Shown here one piece after another: positions 1 to 9,071 of a stretch of DNA of 39,457 nt. A model generated the notes under the pieces. It searched no databases. It saw only the letters and a program-made list of their open reading frames with translations, and was not told where the DNA came from. This stretch comes from Gammaproteobacteria bacterium (GTDB lineage Bacteria; Pseudomonadota; Gammaproteobacteria; Burkholderiales; SG8-39). Numbering within the stretch: the first letter of the stretch is position 1; each line of letters begins with the position of its first letter. The stretch covers positions 1 to 39,457 of the forward strand of contig JBGQKK010000001.1 in assembly GCA_041499545.1 (NCBI GenBank), in the 5' to 3' direction. Made by a program: the position numbers and the translations under genes.

Positions 1-101
1 GCCAGCGCGAAGAGGCTGCCGAAGTCCTGGAGCGCCTGGAGAAACTCGATGCCGCACTCGGCCGTGAGCTCAGGAAGCAGCTGGAAAGCAAAAGCAGGTA
101 G
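1..101 (+). CDS. 3' end of an unidentified CDS entering from upstream (partial)
   Basis: Frame 3 reads ...QREEAAEVLERLEKLDAALGRELRKQLESKSR with TAG at 99-101. It is a charged helical tail, convergent with the next gene. Too short to assign a family. Confidence 0.3.
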   Translation, partial: QREEAAEVLERLEKLDAALGRELRKQLESKSR

Positions 102-149
102 GGCTGGGCTTCCCTCAGGTGGTTTGTTGCATATGTGTATTATGTCAAA

Positions 150-935
150 TTACGACCGTACCCGGAACAGCCTGAAGAAGTTCGCTGTAGTCGCAGCCGC
201 CAGCGTCTCTAGGGGCACTCCCCGCAAGCGGGCCACTTCCTCCGCGACGTGGCGAACCAGACCGGGGCGGTTCGTCTTGCCCCGGTGCGGCACCGGGGCA
301 AGATAGGGCGAGTCGGTTTCCACCAGCAGCCGATCCAGGGGTACGGTACGCGCGAGCTCTTTGAGCCTCGCCGCGTTCTTGAACGTGACGATTCCGGAAA
401 AGGAGATGTGAAACCCCAGCGACAGGGCCGCCTCCGCCACCTCCTGAGTCTCGGTGAAGCAGTGCATGACCCCCCCTACTTCGGCCGCTTGCTCCTCGCG
501 CATGATCTTGAGCGTGTCCTCGGCGGCGTCGCGCGTATGAATCACCAAGGGCTTGCCGCATTCGCGCGCCGCCCGGATGTGGGCGCGAAAGCGCTCGCGC
601 TGCCATTCCAGGTCGCCCGATAAGCGGTGATAGTCCAACCCGGTCTCACCGACGGCCACCACGCGCGGATGTCGCGCCAGCTCGACCAGGCGCCCGGGAT
701 CCACCGACTCGGCCTCGTGGTCCGGATGGACGCCGACGCTCGCGAAGAAGTTGTCGTGGGCTTCCGCCAAGCCGAGAACCTTGTGGAACGCGCCGAGTTC
801 GACGCTGATGCACAGGGCATGCGTCACCCCGTTCACCCGCATCTCCTCGCGCACCTCCTCGAGCTTTCCCTCGAATTCCGGGAAATCCAGGTGGCAATGA
901 GAGTCGACCAGACCCGGGAAAGAGGCGGGAATCAC
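150..935 (-). CDS. TatD-family metal-dependent hydrolase (YcfH-like)
   Basis: 261 aa. N-terminal LVDSHCHLDFPEF metal-binding motif, then SVGVHP and ETDSPYLAP motifs. It lies directly downstream of holB with a 4-nt overlap, like E. coli holB-ycfH. Confidence 0.9.
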   Translation of the reverse strand: MIPASFPGLVDSHCHLDFPEFEGKLEEVREEMRVNGVTHALCISVELGAFHKVLGLAEAHDNFFASVGVHPDHEAESVDPGRLVELARHPRVVAVGETGLDYHRLSGDLEWQRERFRAHIRAARECGKPLVIHTRDAAEDTLKIMREEQAAEVGGVMHCFTETQEVAEAALSLGFHISFSGIVTFKNAARLKELARTVPLDRLLVETDSPYLAPVPHRGKTNRPGLVRHVAEEVARLRGVPLETLAAATTANFFRLFRVRS

Positions 936-1921
936 GGCCGCCGCAGCAACTGCTGATACTGGAGCAGGAGGTCTTCGACGAAAAGCCTCGGATTAAGGGG
1001 GTGCCGAGCGAGAGAGCGAGCCTTTGCCAGCTGCCGAAGGTAGCCTGCGATGCTTGCAGCCTCGCAGCCGAGCGCGATCTCCCCGAGCGCTTTCTCCTCC
1101 CCGACGTGGTACCTGACCTGGCCCGTCGCGCGCGCCAACAACAGGTCGAAGCTCCAGCGCTGTAACCAGCCGACCAGATCCCAGAGGGGGACGCGCTGGA
1201 CCGTTTCGGCGAGCGCGATCGGGTCGAAGCCGGGCCGGCGGATTCCATCGAGGAAAGCGAGCCGATCGGCTTCGCTTTCCGCGCCTTTCAGTGCGGCAAG
1301 GGGCGCCCCGCCTACGGCGGCCAAGGCCGCTTCCGCGTGCTCGACGCCCCGCTCCTTCAGCCAGCGCAGGACTGCCTCGGGGTCCGGAGGCGCCAACGCG
1401 AACTTGAGGCAGCGGCTGCGCACGGTGGGGAGCAAGCGATCGGCTTGCGTGGCGACGAGCAGAAATACCGTCGCCGGCGGCGGTTCCTCCAGGCTCTTGA
1501 GCAGGGCATTCTGCGTGTTCGCATTCATCGCCTCGGCGGGATAGACGAGGATCACGCGAAGGCCGGCCCGATGGGTACCCACCGCGAGGAAATCGCCCAG
1601 CTCGCGAACCTGCTCGATGCGGATCTGGTCGCTGCGCTTCTTCCCCGGCTCGGCGCCCTCCCCCGATGATTCCGGAGCCAAGCTTTCCGGCACGATCAAC
1701 CGGAAATCAGGATGGTTGCCCAGCGCGAACCAGGTGCAGGCCGGGCAGGACCCGCATGCCCGCGTGTCCGCCTGGGGCTTTTCGCAGAGCAGCGACTGGG
1801 CCACAGCCTGCGCAAATTCGAACTCACCCCAGCCCTCCGCGCTTTGCATCAGGATGGCGTGGGAAGGTCGCGCCCGCATCGGGAGCCAGGCTTTCCAGGC
1901 CGGTTCTTGCCATGTGAACAT
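932..1921 (-). CDS. holB: DNA polymerase III subunit delta'
   Basis: 329 aa. Clamp-loader AAA+-like N-terminus with the zinc module CGSCPACTWFALGNHPDF and an SRC motif (TVRSRC). Sits in the tmk-holB-tatD order. Confidence 0.9.
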   Translation of the reverse strand: MFTWQEPAWKAWLPMRARPSHAILMQSAEGWGEFEFAQAVAQSLLCEKPQADTRACGSCPACTWFALGNHPDFRLIVPESLAPESSGEGAEPGKKRSDQIRIEQVRELGDFLAVGTHRAGLRVILVYPAEAMNANTQNALLKSLEEPPPATVFLLVATQADRLLPTVRSRCLKFALAPPDPEAVLRWLKERGVEHAEAALAAVGGAPLAALKGAESEADRLAFLDGIRRPGFDPIALAETVQRVPLWDLVGWLQRWSFDLLLARATGQVRYHVGEEKALGEIALGCEAASIAGYLRQLAKARSLARHPLNPRLFVEDLLLQYQQLLRRP

Positions 1922-1927
1922 GAAGCT

Positions 1928-3546
<1,619 letters not shown>

Positions 3547-3580
3547 CGAAGGGGTTTGGGGTCTCGCTTGACTACGCTCG

Positions 3581-3586
3581 TATAAT
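3581..3586 (+). promoter_or_regulatory. consensus -10 box (TATAAT) 8 nt upstream of the ygfZ ATG; candidate leaderless promoter
   Basis: Perfect TATAAT in a GC-rich 48-bp divergent intergenic region. The spacer aaacgcta has no Shine-Dalgarno. A possible weak -35 (ttgggg) lies about 19 bp upstream. Confidence 0.4.
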
Positions 3587-3594
3587 AAACGCTA

Positions 3595-4557
3595 ATGAGC
3601 TCGCTTCAGCAAGCAGACCATCAAGTGACGCCGGACGCCGCGGCTCGCGCGGCGAGCCCGGAGGATTTCGTCGCAGTGCTGGATCACCTCGGGGTACTGC
3701 GTTTCATCGGAGAAGACGCCGGACGCTTCCTGCAAGGGCAACTGAGCTGCGACGTCGAGAGCGTGAGCGGGCACTCGAGCAGCTACGGAGCCTATTGCAG
3801 TCCCAAAGGCCGGATGCTCGCCAATTTCCTGCTGTGGCGCGAGGAAGCGGATTTCCTGATGGCCTTGTCGCGCGAGCTCGTCTCCACCGTGCAGCGCCAG
3901 ATCTCGAAGTACGTGTTGCGCTCCAAGGTGAAGATAGCCGATGCGTCGGGATCGATCGTGCTGGCGGGCGCGGCCGGCGCCCGCGCCGGCCGCACCCTTG
4001 CAGCGATGTTCGGCGAGCTGCCGACGAAGCCCCACGAAGTGCGCACCGTCGCCGCTGTCGGCACCGCCGTGAAGCTGAGCGACGGCCGGCTCTTTCTCGC
4101 GTTGACGACTCCGCTCGAAGGTCGTACCGAACTCGCGGATGCGCGCATTTGGCGCTGGCTGGAAATTCGCGCGGGCCTGCCGCTCGTCACCGCCGCCACC
4201 CAGGACCAGTTCGTTCCCCAGATGGCGAACCTCGAGCTGATCGGCGGAGTGAGCTTCGAGAAGGGCTGCTACACCGGGCAGGAGGTCGTGGCCCGCGCTC
4301 AGCACCTCGGCAAGGTGAAACGCCGGATGTTCCTCGCGAACGTCACAGCTCCCGCGCAGCCCGGAGACGCGCTCTACAGCGACGATCTCGGCGATCAGGC
4401 GAGCGGTATGGTGGTCAACGCCGAAGCTTCGCCCGACGGCGGGCACGACCTCCTCGCCGTGGTCCAGGCCGCGAGCCGGGAGCGCTCGACGGTGCATCTC
4501 AAGGGACTGGATGGGCCGGCCCTGCGCTTTCTCGCCCTGCCCTACGCGGTGGCGTGA
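3595..4557 (+). CDS. ygfZ: folate-binding tRNA-modification / Fe-S repair protein YgfZ (CAF17 family)
   Basis: 320 aa. GcvT-like fold with the diagnostic KGCYTGQEVVAR motif. Confidence 0.88.
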   Translation: MSSLQQADHQVTPDAAARAASPEDFVAVLDHLGVLRFIGEDAGRFLQGQLSCDVESVSGHSSSYGAYCSPKGRMLANFLLWREEADFLMALSRELVSTVQRQISKYVLRSKVKIADASGSIVLAGAAGARAGRTLAAMFGELPTKPHEVRTVAAVGTAVKLSDGRLFLALTTPLEGRTELADARIWRWLEIRAGLPLVTAATQDQFVPQMANLELIGGVSFEKGCYTGQEVVARAQHLGKVKRRMFLANVTAPAQPGDALYSDDLGDQASGMVVNAEASPDGGHDLLAVVQAASRERSTVHLKGLDGPALRFLALPYAVA

Positions 4558-4838
4558 GTTCGAGCTACTACATCTACTACCGCGTGCCTCGGGGCAACGC
4601 ACAGCAGGCCCGGGCGGCGGTCGAGGCGCTGCAGCGCGAGCTCTCCGAAGCGACCGGTATCGGTGGTCGGCTTCTGCGGCGCAGCGACGACGAGACCACG
4701 TGGATGGAGATCTACGAGAGCGTGCCCGACCGCGCCGCCTTCGAGGTGAAGCTCGCCGAGCTGGTGGAACGGCACGGCGTCTTGGCATGGCTCGCCCCCG
4801 GCTCGTCGCGCAAGCAAGAAGTCTTCGGCAGCTTCTGA
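4554..4838 (+). CDS. DUF4936-family small protein
   Basis: The GTG at 4554 overlaps the ygfZ TGA (GTGA). Product is MSSSYYIYYRVPRGNAQQARAAVEALQREL...TTWMEIYESV (94 aa). The listed ORF 3405..4838 is an out-of-frame upstream extension over ygfZ. Confidence 0.7.
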   Translation: MSSSYYIYYRVPRGNAQQARAAVEALQRELSEATGIGGRLLRRSDDETTWMEIYESVPDRAAFEVKLAELVERHGVLAWLAPGSSRKQEVFGSF

Positions 4839-4842
4839 CGCC

Positions 4843-5676
4843 ATGTGCCTGATCGCGCTTGCCTGGCGAACGCACCCGGCGTATCGGCTGATCGTCGCCG
4901 CCAATCGCGACGAATACTTCGGGCGGGCCTCCGCGCCCGCCGGCTTCTGGGACGACCACCGGGGCGTCCTGGCCGGGCGGGATCTCGAGGCCGGCGGAAC
5001 CTGGCTCGGCATCACCCTCGAGCGGCGGTTCGCCGCCCTGACCAACTATCGCAATCCGGCGGACAGGAAAGCGGGCGTGCCCTCCCGCGGCGCCCTGGTA
5101 TCGGATTTCCTCACTGGCAAGTCGTCGCCCTCCGAATATGTGAAGACGGTCGGGCGGCAGGCGATGAGTTACAACGGCTTCAGCCTGCTCGTGGGCGACG
5201 CCGACTCGCTGTGGTTCGTCTCCAATCGCGGCGATGGGCCGCTGCGCGTCGAGCCGGGCGTTCACGGCCTGTCGAACCATCTTCTGGACACGCCCTGGCC
5301 CAAGGTCGAAAAGGCCAAGGCGCGGCTCGCACAGCAGCTGGACAAGCCCTTCGACGCCAGCGCGGCGTTCGAGCTGCTGAGCGACACCGGGCACGCGCCA
5401 AGCGCCGAGCTCCCCAGCACCGGGGTGAGCCTCGAGCTGGAGGAAAGATTGTCGGCGATCCGCATTCTCGCCTCCGGCGGATACGGGACCCGTTGTTCCA
5501 CCGTGCTGTGCTTCGCGAGCGACGGCCGCGTCGAGTTCCACGAGCGGCGCTATCGCGAAGACGGCGGGACCGACGGAACGGTCAGCTATCGCTTGGCGCT
5601 TTTCCGGGGCGCAGCTCGAGCGTCATCTCGACGTGCGGAATCCCCGCCTCGAGGAACGCCCCTCCCCGCTCGTTGA
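4843..5676 (+). CDS. NRDE-family protein (TANGO2/DUF833-like)
   Basis: 277 aa. N-terminal MCLIALAW...IVAANRDE signature (Ntn-type Cys2 and the NRDE motif). Starts 4 nt after the DUF4936 stop. Confidence 0.85.
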   Translation: MCLIALAWRTHPAYRLIVAANRDEYFGRASAPAGFWDDHRGVLAGRDLEAGGTWLGITLERRFAALTNYRNPADRKAGVPSRGALVSDFLTGKSSPSEYVKTVGRQAMSYNGFSLLVGDADSLWFVSNRGDGPLRVEPGVHGLSNHLLDTPWPKVEKAKARLAQQLDKPFDASAAFELLSDTGHAPSAELPSTGVSLELEERLSAIRILASGGYGTRCSTVLCFASDGRVEFHERRYREDGGTDGTVSYRLALFRGAARASSRRAESPPRGTPLPAR

Positions 5677-6037
5677 AACCGAAACGGCGGTAGAAGCCCG
5701 CAGCCTGAATCTGGGCGTGGAGCATCGCGCGAGCCATTGAACGGGTGCGCGCACGGTCCAGCATTGCGCCGAGCAAGGCCGTCCCCACTCCCTGCCGTCG
5801 CCAGTCCTTGAGCACCGCCATGCGCCCGATGCGTCCGTCGGGCAGGAGGCGCGCGGTCCCGATCGGATCGCCCTTAGCGTCGAACGCCACCGCGTGGTCG
5901 CTCGGCTCGTCCCATTCGTCCCATTCCAGATCCTTCGGCACGCTCTGCTCTTCGACGAACACTCGCTCGCGCACCGGGCGCGCGAGCGGCAGCGCCTCGC
6001 GCCAAGACATGATCCGGATGGTGAACGGCACAGACAT
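5582..6037 (-). CDS. GNAT-family N-acetyltransferase
   Basis: 151 aa. Acetyl-CoA binding motif RRQGVGTALL and a C-terminal FYRRFGF motif. An alternative start is the Met at 6010. Confidence 0.85.
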   Translation of the reverse strand: MSVPFTIRIMSWREALPLARPVRERVFVEEQSVPKDLEWDEWDEPSDHAVAFDAKGDPIGTARLLPDGRIGRMAVLKDWRRQGVGTALLGAMLDRARTRSMARAMLHAQIQAAGFYRRFGFNERGGAFLEAGIPHVEMTLELRPGKAPSDS

Positions 6038-6045
6038 GAGCGCTT

Positions 6046-6051
6046 TATAAT
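6046..6051 (+). promoter_or_regulatory. consensus -10 box (TATAAT) 7 nt upstream of the aldolase-SDR ATG; candidate leaderless promoter
   Basis: Perfect TATAAT in the 21-bp gap between the divergent GNAT and aldolase-SDR genes. The spacer cctaccg has no Shine-Dalgarno. Confidence 0.4.
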
Positions 6052-6058
6052 CCTACCG

Positions 6059-8029
6059 ATGCAAAGCGCTTGGAAGGACGAGGAGGCGACGCAGTTTCAG
6101 GGGGACCTGGGCCTGCGCGTCTACACCTCGCGGCTGCTCGGCCGCGACAAGTCCCTGGTGCTGCACGGCGGCGGCAACACCTCGGTCAAGATCCGCGAAA
6201 AGAACCTCTTCGGCGAGGAGGAGACGGTCCTCTACGTCAAGGGCAGCGGCTGGGACCTGGAGACGATCGAGCCGCAGGGCTTCTCGCCGGTGCGGCTCGC
6301 GCACGTGCTGCGGCTGGCCGAGCTGCCTTCGCTCTCCGACCCCGAGATGGTCAACCAGCTCGTCACGCACATGCTGAAGGCGTCGGCCCCCGCGCCCTCG
6401 ATCGAAACGATCCTTCACGGTCTGATGCCTCAAAAGTTCGTGGACCACACGCACGCCGACGCGGTCCTGTCAGTGACCAACACGAAGGACGGAGAAAAGC
6501 GCATTCGCGAGATATACGGCAGGCGCTGTGTGGTGATTCCCTATCTCATCCCGGGATTCGATCTCGCTCAGTTCTGCGCGAAGGCATTCCGCGCGCAGGG
6601 GACGCCCGACACGGTGGGCATGGTGCTTCTGAATCACGGCATCTTTTCCTTCGGCGAGACCGCGCGCGAGTCCTACGAGCGCATGATCGAGCTCGTGACC
6701 CTCGCCGAGAAGTACCTCGAGTCGAGGGGTGCATGGTCGGTGAAACTGAAGCCGCCTGCACCTGGAACCGTGGATGTGGCGTCCCAAGCTCGCCTCAGGC
6801 GAGCACTCTCGGACACGGCCGGTACTCCGCTCATCCTCCGGACGACGATGAATGAACGCATGCTGGGCTTCGCCCGGCACCCCGACGTCGGCCGCATTTC
6901 GCAGCAGGGCCCCGCGACTCCCGATCACGTCATCCGCACCAAGCGCATACCTATGATCGGGACCGACCTCGCGCGCTACGTCGACGAATACAAGGCGTAC
7001 TTCGGCAAGCACGCCGCAGAGGCGAAGGAGCCCAAGACCATGCTCGACCCGGCCCCGCGGGTCGTGCTCGATCCCGGCTTCGGCCTCGCCGCCGCCGGCC
7101 GTACCGCGAAGGATGCGGCCATCGTGGACGAGATCTACGACCACACCATCGATGTGATCCTGCGCGCCGAGGCGCTCGGCGGATTCCAAGCCCTGCGGTC
7201 GAAGGACATTTTCGATGTCGAATACTGGGACCTGGAACAGGCGAAGCTCAAGAAAGGCGGCAAGCCCGCGGCCTTCGCCGGCGAAGTCGTAGTCGTTACC
7301 GGCGCCGCGTCCGGTATCGGCAAGGCGGCGGTAAGCGCCTTTCTTTCCCGCGGAGCCGCGGTAGTTGGGCTCGACCTCGACGCGAAGATCGAACCGCTGT
7401 ACGCGCGACCGGATTTCCTGGGTCTGCGCTGCGACGTCACCGACGAGGCGCAGATCAAAGTCGCCGTCGCCCGTGCGGTCGCCGCTTTCGGCGGAATCGA
7501 TATGCTGATTCTGAACGCCGGAATGTTCCCTGCGACGCGCAGAATCGCCGATCTGCCCACCGAGGAGTGGCGCAAATCGATGAGCGTGAATCTCGATGCG
7601 AACCTGCTGCTGATGCGTACCTGCCACCCTATCCTCAAGCTCGCGCCGCGCGGCGGCCGCGTGGTGGTCATCGGCTCGAAGAACGTGCCGGCGCCCGGGC
7701 CGGGCGCGTCGGCCTACTCGGCCTCGAAAGCGGGACTCAACCAGCTCGCGCGCATCGCCGCGCTCGAATGGGGCGCCGACGGCATTCGCATCAACACGCT
7801 GCATCCCAACGCGGTGTTCGACACCGGCCTGTGGACCGAAGAGGTGCTCGCGCAGCGGGCGAGGCAATACGGCATGACGGTCGAGGCCTACAAGACCAAC
7901 AACGTGCTGCGTACCGAGGTCACGAGCCGCGACGTCGCCGAGCTGGCGGCCGAGATGTGCGGACCGCTATTCGCCAAGACCACCGGCGCCCAAGTGCCCG
8001 TGGACGGCGGCAATGAACGCGTCATCTGA
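6059..8029 (+). CDS. bifunctional class II aldolase/adducin-domain protein fused to a short-chain dehydrogenase/reductase
   Basis: Start taken at ATG 6059 (MQSAWKDEEATQF...); the listed ORF 5894.. extends over the GNAT gene. The N-terminal part carries LHGGGNTSVK and VDHTHADAV (class II aldolase metal His). The C-terminal part carries VVVTGAASGIGKA (Rossmann fold), NAG and YSASKAG (SDR YxxxK). Confidence 0.85.
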   Translation: MQSAWKDEEATQFQGDLGLRVYTSRLLGRDKSLVLHGGGNTSVKIREKNLFGEEETVLYVKGSGWDLETIEPQGFSPVRLAHVLRLAELPSLSDPEMVNQLVTHMLKASAPAPSIETILHGLMPQKFVDHTHADAVLSVTNTKDGEKRIREIYGRRCVVIPYLIPGFDLAQFCAKAFRAQGTPDTVGMVLLNHGIFSFGETARESYERMIELVTLAEKYLESRGAWSVKLKPPAPGTVDVASQARLRRALSDTAGTPLILRTTMNERMLGFARHPDVGRISQQGPATPDHVIRTKRIPMIGTDLARYVDEYKAYFGKHAAEAKEPKTMLDPAPRVVLDPGFGLAAAGRTAKDAAIVDEIYDHTIDVILRAEALGGFQALRSKDIFDVEYWDLEQAKLKKGGKPAAFAGEVVVVTGAASGIGKAAVSAFLSRGAAVVGLDLDAKIEPLYARPDFLGLRCDVTDEAQIKVAVARAVAAFGGIDMLILNAGMFPATRRIADLPTEEWRKSMSVNLDANLLLMRTCHPILKLAPRGGRVVVIGSKNVPAPGPGASAYSASKAGLNQLARIAALEWGADGIRINTLHPNAVFDTGLWTEEVLAQRARQYGMTVEAYKTNNVLRTEVTSRDVAELAAEMCGPLFAKTTGAQVPVDGGNERVI

Positions 8030-9071
8030 GGCAAAGTCGGTCGAAACGCTGCGCTGGCGGGACGGCCGCCTCGAGCTGATCGACCAGCGCTTGCTGCCCG
8101 AGCGCTTCGAATACCTGAGCTGCACGAGCGCCGCCGAAGTCGCCGCGGCCATCCGCGTTATGGCGGTGCGCGGCGCTCCCGCGATCGGCTGCGCGGCGGC
8201 GTTCGGCATCGCGCTCGAAGCGCAGCGGCAAAGGCACCGCGCTCCGGCGCAATTCTCCGAGGCCATGGAAGCCGCGTTCGGAACTCTCGCCGGGAGCCGG
8301 CCCACCGCGGTCAACCTGTTCTGGGCGCTCGCTCGCATGCGCGAAGTGCTCGCGGCGCATCGAAACCAACCCGAAACCGCGGCTTCGGAGCTCGCGGCGG
8401 CCGCGCTCGCGCTGTTTCGCGCCGATCTCGAGACCAACCGCGCCATCGGGAAGGCCGGCGCGGCGCTCGTCCCCGACGGCGCGCGCGTCCTCACCCATTG
8501 CAACACCGGCGCCCTCGCGACCGCGGGACACGGAACGGCGCTCGGCGTGGTGCGCTCGGCGCGCGACGCGGGCAAGCGCATTTCGGTGATCGCCGGCGAA
8601 ACGCGCCCGTATCTGCAGGGTGCGCGCCTCACCGCCTGGGAGCTGATGCAGGAGGGGATTCCGGTCACGCTCGTCACCGACAGCACCGTGGGTCATCTCA
8701 TGAGCCGCGGCAAGGTGGACCTGGTGATCGTGGGAGCGGACCGCATCGCGGCGAACGGCGACGTCGCGAACAAGATCGGCACCTACACCGTCGCCGTGCT
8801 CGCGGAACGGCATCGCATCCCCTTCTATGTCGCAGCGCCCCTTTCCACCATCGACATCGAAGTCGCCGACGGCGCCTCGATCCCCATCGAGGAGCGCGGC
8901 GCGGCGGAAGTCACCGGCTACGGCGGGATGCGCTGGGCGCCCGAAGGAGTGGCAGTCGCCAACCCCGCCTTCGACATTACTCCGGCAGCGCTGGTAAGCG
9001 CGCTCTTTACCGAAAAGGGAGTCCTGGCACGGCCGAACGCGGAAAAGATCCGCGGGCTCTTCGCAGCATGA
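8013..9071 (+). CDS. mtnA: S-methyl-5-thioribose-1-phosphate isomerase (MtnA / 5-deoxyribose-1-P isomerase family)
   Basis: 352 aa. Motifs VRGAPAIG, HCNTGALATAGHGTALGV, ETRPYLQGARLTAWEL and GADRIAANGDVANKIGTY. Overlaps the upstream gene by 17 nt. Confidence 0.9.
   Translation: MNASSEAKSVETLRWRDGRLELIDQRLLPERFEYLSCTSAAEVAAAIRVMAVRGAPAIGCAAAFGIALEAQRQRHRAPAQFSEAMEAAFGTLAGSRPTAVNLFWALARMREVLAAHRNQPETAASELAAAALALFRADLETNRAIGKAGAALVPDGARVLTHCNTGALATAGHGTALGVVRSARDAGKRISVIAGETRPYLQGARLTAWELMQEGIPVTLVTDSTVGHLMSRGKVDLVIVGADRIAANGDVANKIGTYTVAVLAERHRIPFYVAAPLSTIDIEVADGASIPIEERGAAEVTGYGGMRWAPEGVAVANPAFDITPAALVSALFTEKGVLARPNAEKIRGLFAA

Noticed and set aside
102-149. AT-rich stretch (ttgttgcatatgtgtattatgtcaaa) between the convergent partial CDS and tatD; considered as a terminator or small RNA.
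   Set aside because: I could find no stable stem-loop or T-tract by eye, and 48 bp is too short for a structured RNA gene. It is most likely just a convergent intergenic spacer.
3592-5541. 649-aa ORF on the minus strand spanning ygfZ, DUF4936 and NRDE. Similar long antisense ORFs occur at 6470-7867, 10252-12375, 15729-17204, 17234-18697, 20010-21977, 31956-33338 and 35232-36602.
   Set aside because: All run antisense to genes with unmistakable conserved motifs (YgfZ, IorB, GuaA, GuaB, PpsA, BamA, Dxr). Their translations are Arg/Ala/Gly/Pro-rich low-complexity strings with no recognisable domain. Long stop-free antisense frames are expected in GC-rich DNA.
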